From Octopus bimaculoides (Eukaryota), in the NCBI RefSeq assembly GCF_001194135.2, contig NC_068981.1:17919874-17983873 (forward strand): a DNA stretch of 64,000 bases, written 5' to 3'. A program made the translations under genes and the position numbers. Positions 59,055 to 64,000 of this stretch are shown here, in pieces; position 1 is the first letter of the stretch, and every line of letters begins with the position of its first letter. The notes below the pieces were generated by a model. The model was not told the origin of the DNA. It searched no databases and saw only the letters and a list, made by a program, of their open reading frames with translations.

Positions 59055-59516
59055 TATGTGTGGGTAAGAAATTTGCTTTGCAACCATACATTTAAGTGTT
59101 CAGTTCCACTGCATGGCACCTTGGGCAAGTGTCTTCTACTATAGCCTCAGGCCAACCAAAGCCTTGTGAGTGGATTTGATAGACGGAAGCTGAATGAGGC
59201 CTGTTGTATACATAGATAGATAGATAGATACATACATACATAATACATACATACATACATACACACACATACACCCACCTACATATGTGTGTGTGTGTTT
59301 GTGTCTGTGTTTGTCCCCTGCCACTGCTTGACAACTGGTGTTGGTGTGTTTACATCCTCATAGCTTAGTGGTTCAGCAAAAAAAAAATGATAGAATAATC
59401 ACCAGGCTTAAAAAAGAGAAAATAAATACAGGGGTGGGGTCGATTCATTCAAACAAAATTCTTCATGGTGGTGCTCCAGCATGGCCGCTGTCTAATGACT
59501 GAAACAAGTAAAAGAT
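59055..59516 (+). mobile_element. SINE family A (older copy)
   Basis: Full-length, expanded central microsatellite. Confidence 0.8.
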
Positions 59517-59689
59517 AAATGATATATATGAAGTTATTAGAGAAAGCGACATCAAGTGTCGACTTAAATACCTCTAAATAGAAACCATTGCAATTATCTG
59601 AAGCACTTAGCAATACTTAACTTCATTCATTTGATACATTCATTAACTCTCCCATCACATCTACGCAGCCACACACACAATCATACATA

Positions 59690-59858
59690 CTTCTGCACGC
59701 ATGCATGCACACACACGCACACACACACTCAAACACATGCACACACTCACTCACGCACACACGCATGTACACACACACACAAACGCATGCATGCACTCAC
59801 TCACACACGCACATATCACATACACACACACCCATGCACTGGCACACACTCACTCGTG

Positions 59859-59889
<31 letters not shown>

Positions 59890-60234
59890 CCTCTCTCACA
59901 AACACACACACCCACATTCACTCACACACACACACACATCACNNNNNNNNNNNNNNNNNNNNNNNNNNNNNNNNNNNNNNNNNNNNNNNNNNNNNNNNNN
60001 NNNNNNNNNNNNNNNNNNNNNNNNNNNNNNNNNNNNNNNNNNNNNNNNNTATATATATATATATATATATATAGATAGATAGATACACACACACACATAC
60101 ACTCACTGGCATGCACTCACTTGCACACACACACACAAACACACACTCTCTTTCTTTCTCTCTCTCTAATACATACACACACATGCACACACACATAAGC
60201 ACATACAAGTATATTTCCATACATATGGCCACAG

Positions 60235-60317
<83 letters not shown>

Positions 60318-60560
60318 NNNNNNNNNNACACACACGCATACATACACACATGCATAGAAATATGCATACATTCATACACACTGACACATACAGTTCTTGT
60401 ATATATACGCACACAGACATTGTAATATATACATATTCAGGCATAGAGAAATAATCACACACTGTTTTAGTCATATACAAACATACTCACATACATACAC
60501 ATATACATGCACACACGCAAGCACACAGAAACACATAACAGACATCCACCAACGCAGAGA
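59690..60560. repeat. Compound (CA)n/(TA)n microsatellite block with gaps
   Basis: Direct reading. Confidence 0.9.
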
Positions 60561-62049
60561 CAGGCACAGACAAACGCAAAGACAAACACTTCATTCCCTC
60601 GAAAAGAGTGGAAACAAAATGATCACAAACAACGAAAAAAGGATTTCTGAAGAAAAAGTCAGGGTAAGTCAAGAATTAATCCCCTTTAATCCATTAATCT
60701 GTATTTGAGAACATCCCAATGTTCTTAGATGTTTAAGATGAATATAGTTAGTTATTGGTGTGCCATTTTGGATTGAGAGAAAATCATGTGAATGTTAAAT
60801 TCAAATATTACTTTAAAGCAAGTATAAGAACAACAAAGAGCATTTACTTATGGGGGGAAGCTAAGACCACTGAGAATGGAGTCACATTCATTTCAAAATT
60901 TATGTTGTCTATGATTTTATGTTTCCTCATTGAATAAGCTCTTTGGGCAAAACTCAAAGTTCTAGTCAATACAAACTTAATGAGAAAAGCATGTATCAAA
61001 TTTTTAGTAATTCACTAATGAACCTCTATCTAGTATATAAGTGCTGTGAAACATAATTTAATTTATTTAGGTTATTCATTAATATTATTTATTAGAGCTA
61101 TTTGTTAATTCGATTTATTAAAAATCTTTATTAATTTTGTTTACCAAAGTTATTTAGAATGTAAATTCCTGGACTCTTTACATCATACTTACAGAGTATG
61201 TTTACAATATTTATATCTGCATTTAAGGCAGGGAGCTGCCAAAATAGTTAGCACACGGAACAACATGCTTAATGACATTTCATCCATCTTTATGTTCTGA
61301 GTTCAAATTCTGCTGAGGTTGACCTTGCTTTTCATTCTTTCAGGGTCAATTAAATGCGTACCAGTTGAACACCGGGATCGGTTTAATCAACTTATCCCCT
61401 CCCAAAAATTACTGGCCTTGTGTCAAAATTTGAAATCAATATTTATATCTACATTATGCTTCAAATGGTTCTCTCTCTGACTGTCATCAGCTGTTTTATT
61501 CCTGGGTAACAAGTGTATAATTTTCAACTGCATCCAGTTTTGGGGGTCATGGTTTGGAAGTTCCAGGGTTTTAAAGAATATGGAACCATTGCTTAACCAC
61601 TAATATTCCCAAGTCTACTTTGACCCAGAGTCATCTGTCACAGTCCAAGCTATTGGTCAATTAGCATGTCAAAAAATACCTCTGGAGGTGGGTCACTCAC
61701 AGATACACCTAACAGACCCAGGGTAGATGAGGCACATCAGCTCCTTTGATGCTCATCAGAAAAAAGATAACTCTAACCAAATTCTGCATCTTAATAACTA
61801 CTGAGTTCATGGCACCTGTTGCACCAGACTAATACAATTCTGAAGAATGAGAAAGTGAGGCTGGCTCTGTTCAAGTTATGCTCACTATGATAATGAACCC
61901 CAACTGTCTTGTGGGGTAATTTATTGAGCATTTAAAAAAAAGGCTAAGGGAGTAAGCCACTACAGAAAATCCAGAGAGAGGGACACTAAGGCAGATATGT
62001 ATGGTAATGCTTAACCAATATCTGGCATACATTGCAGCTCCATAAATGT

Positions 62050-62519
62050 TGCAAAGCGGTTGACCTCCTTTCGAATGTTGGGCCTCACAGAGGCAATGAC
62101 TGAGATCTTTGGTATTATGCTGTGCCTGGGAAGAAGACACATCAAGCCAAGTAAAATCGGAGTCGTGGCAGATACTGGTGTCATATAAATGGCACCTGTG
62201 CCAGTGGCACGTAAAAGCACCTTTTGATCATTGGGACTTACGGAGGCAAGGACCAAGTCCATTTGGCATTATGCTGTGCTTGGGAAGAAGACCAATCAAG
62301 CCAAGTAAAACCACAGTGATAGAAGATACTGGTGTCATGCAAATGGCACCCATGCCAGTGGTGTGTAAAAGCACCCATTACACTCTCAGAGTGGTTGGCA
62401 TTAGGAAGGGCATCCAGCCATAGAATACCATGCCAAATCAGACTGGAGTCTGGTCAGACTGTCCAACCCATGCCAGCATGGACAATGGACGTTAAATGAT
62501 GATGATGATGATGATGATA
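62050..62519 (+). mobile_element. RTE ORF2-end/3'UTR fragment (second subfamily)
   Basis: ttgggcctcacagaggcaatgac...ggacgttaaa(tga)n. Confidence 0.8.
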
Positions 62520-63609
62520 TTGACTTGTTTTACCTTTGTGACTTATCCATGAGTGGAGAAATAATAAATGTACCCTGGGGCAAGGCACTGGCTTCTGGAA
62601 AGAGCCCAGGCACAGCAGAAGTGGTTCAGTTACTGTCTCTGCAATACCAGGGACATCAATAAAAAATACCAACCAATATGTTTTCTGACTGGGCTCAAAC
62701 TATGGACCGTATAATATATCCAGGAATTAGACATTTGAGGGCAATCAAAGACTAAACCAAACAAAAGCAGTGTCACCACCACCACCACCACCACCACCAC
62801 CACCATCATTGGTTTTAATGTTCTGCTTTTTCATGCATATATGGGCCTGATGTAGTTAATTGAGGCAGAATTTTCTATGGCTGGATGCCCTTCTTGTCAC
62901 TACCCTTCACTTCTTTCCTGCCAAGGTAACAGTTCCCCATGGCTGGACATGTTTTTATGGAAGACTGAAAACAAGGGACTCTACTCAAATGGTGATGTTT
63001 TTGTTTTTTAATTATCGCATAATATCTAGACAAAGAGAAACATACACACACACACACACATGCACACACACATACACACACACATACATACAATCTACAC
63101 CTCATGGAAAATGGATGTTGAATGATGAGGATGATGATGATGATGATACACAGGCTTCTTTCAGTTTCCATCTACCAAAACCACTCACAAGGCTTTTGTC
63201 AGCCTGAGATTACAGTGGAAGATACTTGCCCAAGGTGTCACGCAGTGGAACAGAACCCAAAACCACATGGTCGGGAAGCAAGCCCTTTATGTGCACAGTC
63301 ACATACACAACATAGATGAGGTAAACAATTCAAGAATTATAATCTGAATAAAAATTCCTTCTAGATGTTTAGACATTTAAATTCTTTCATATTGGTAAAT
63401 AATTCTTTAGCAACAATTTGAATTCTAACTGGTAATTCAAGAAATATTGATGCTCAATCATTATTTGAAGTTTCAATTAATGTTTTATATTTCTTGTCAA
63501 TAGTTTTGTGTAGTTAGAACCTGGAGAGAAAGTTAGATTAATGGAGAGAAAACATTTGGAAATTTTCATTGAATGACGATGGCATTGTAACTATGGAAAC
63601 AATACTAAA

Positions 63610-63712
63610 CATTATTATTATTATTATCATTATTATTATTATCATTATTATTATTATTGTTGTTATTATTATTATTATTATTATTGTTATTATTATTATT
63701 ATTATTATTATT
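63610..63712. repeat. (TTA)n microsatellite
   Basis: Direct reading. Confidence 0.95.
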
Positions 63713-63833
63713 GGTGGTGAGTTGGAAGAATTGTTAGTGCATAGGACAAAATGCTTACTGGCATTTCTTTCAGTTTTACATTCTCAGTTCAAACGCCTCC
63801 ATGGTTGATTTTACCTTTCGTCATTTTGGGGTT

Positions 63834-64000
63834 CATCATCATCATCATCATCGTTTAACGTCCGCTTTCCATGCTGGCATGGGTTGGACGGTTTGATTGG
63901 GGACTAGTGAGCCAGATGGCTGCACCAGGCTCCAATCTGATCTGGCAGAGTTTCTACAGCTGTATGCCCTTCATAACGCCGACCACTCCGAGAGTGTAGT
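63834..64000 (-). mobile_element. RTE 3' tail fragment (runs off window)
   Basis: Tail consensus. Confidence 0.85.

Noticed and set aside
59631-60708. His/Thr-, Val/Cys- and Ile/Tyr-rich ORFs (also 53706-53975 and 63569-63808)
   Set aside because: Translations of CA/TA/GGT/TTA microsatellites.

Overview
AT-rich metazoan genomic DNA with about 12 N-gaps. It is most likely Octopus or another coleoid cephalopod (inferred from the repeat families and microsatellite density). Three protein-coding loci could be reconstructed by hand from splice signals and phase continuity. (1) A + strand terminal exon (3760-4023) encodes a signal-peptide remnant and an 8-Cys mature peptide with the eclosion-hormone (EH) cysteine spacing; its first coding exon was not securely located. 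(2) ZCCHC8 (NEXT complex scaffold) lies on the - strand with 15 coding exons from 29016 to 6750 (718 aa) and a candidate in-frame alternative first exon in intron 2. (3) A divergently oriented + strand DUF4807/F58A4.6-like gene (STLGG motif) has 4 coding exons from 34542 to 43466 (352 aa). The rest is mostly repeats: a decayed near-full-length RTE LINE (~54.9-58.4 kb), many 5'-truncated copies of its hairpin-array 3'UTR ending in (GAT)n, at least three tRNA-headed SINE families, mariner, hAT and piggyBac-like MITEs, and microsatellites. The most notable items are the EH-like neuropeptide with a probable fourth disulfide, an inverted pair of minimal type I hammerhead ribozyme motifs in a ZCCHC8 intron, the alternative ZCCHC8 first exon, and a 300-bp zero-spacer palindrome. 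Family names come from recalled motifs, no database search was run, and repeat boundaries are approximate.
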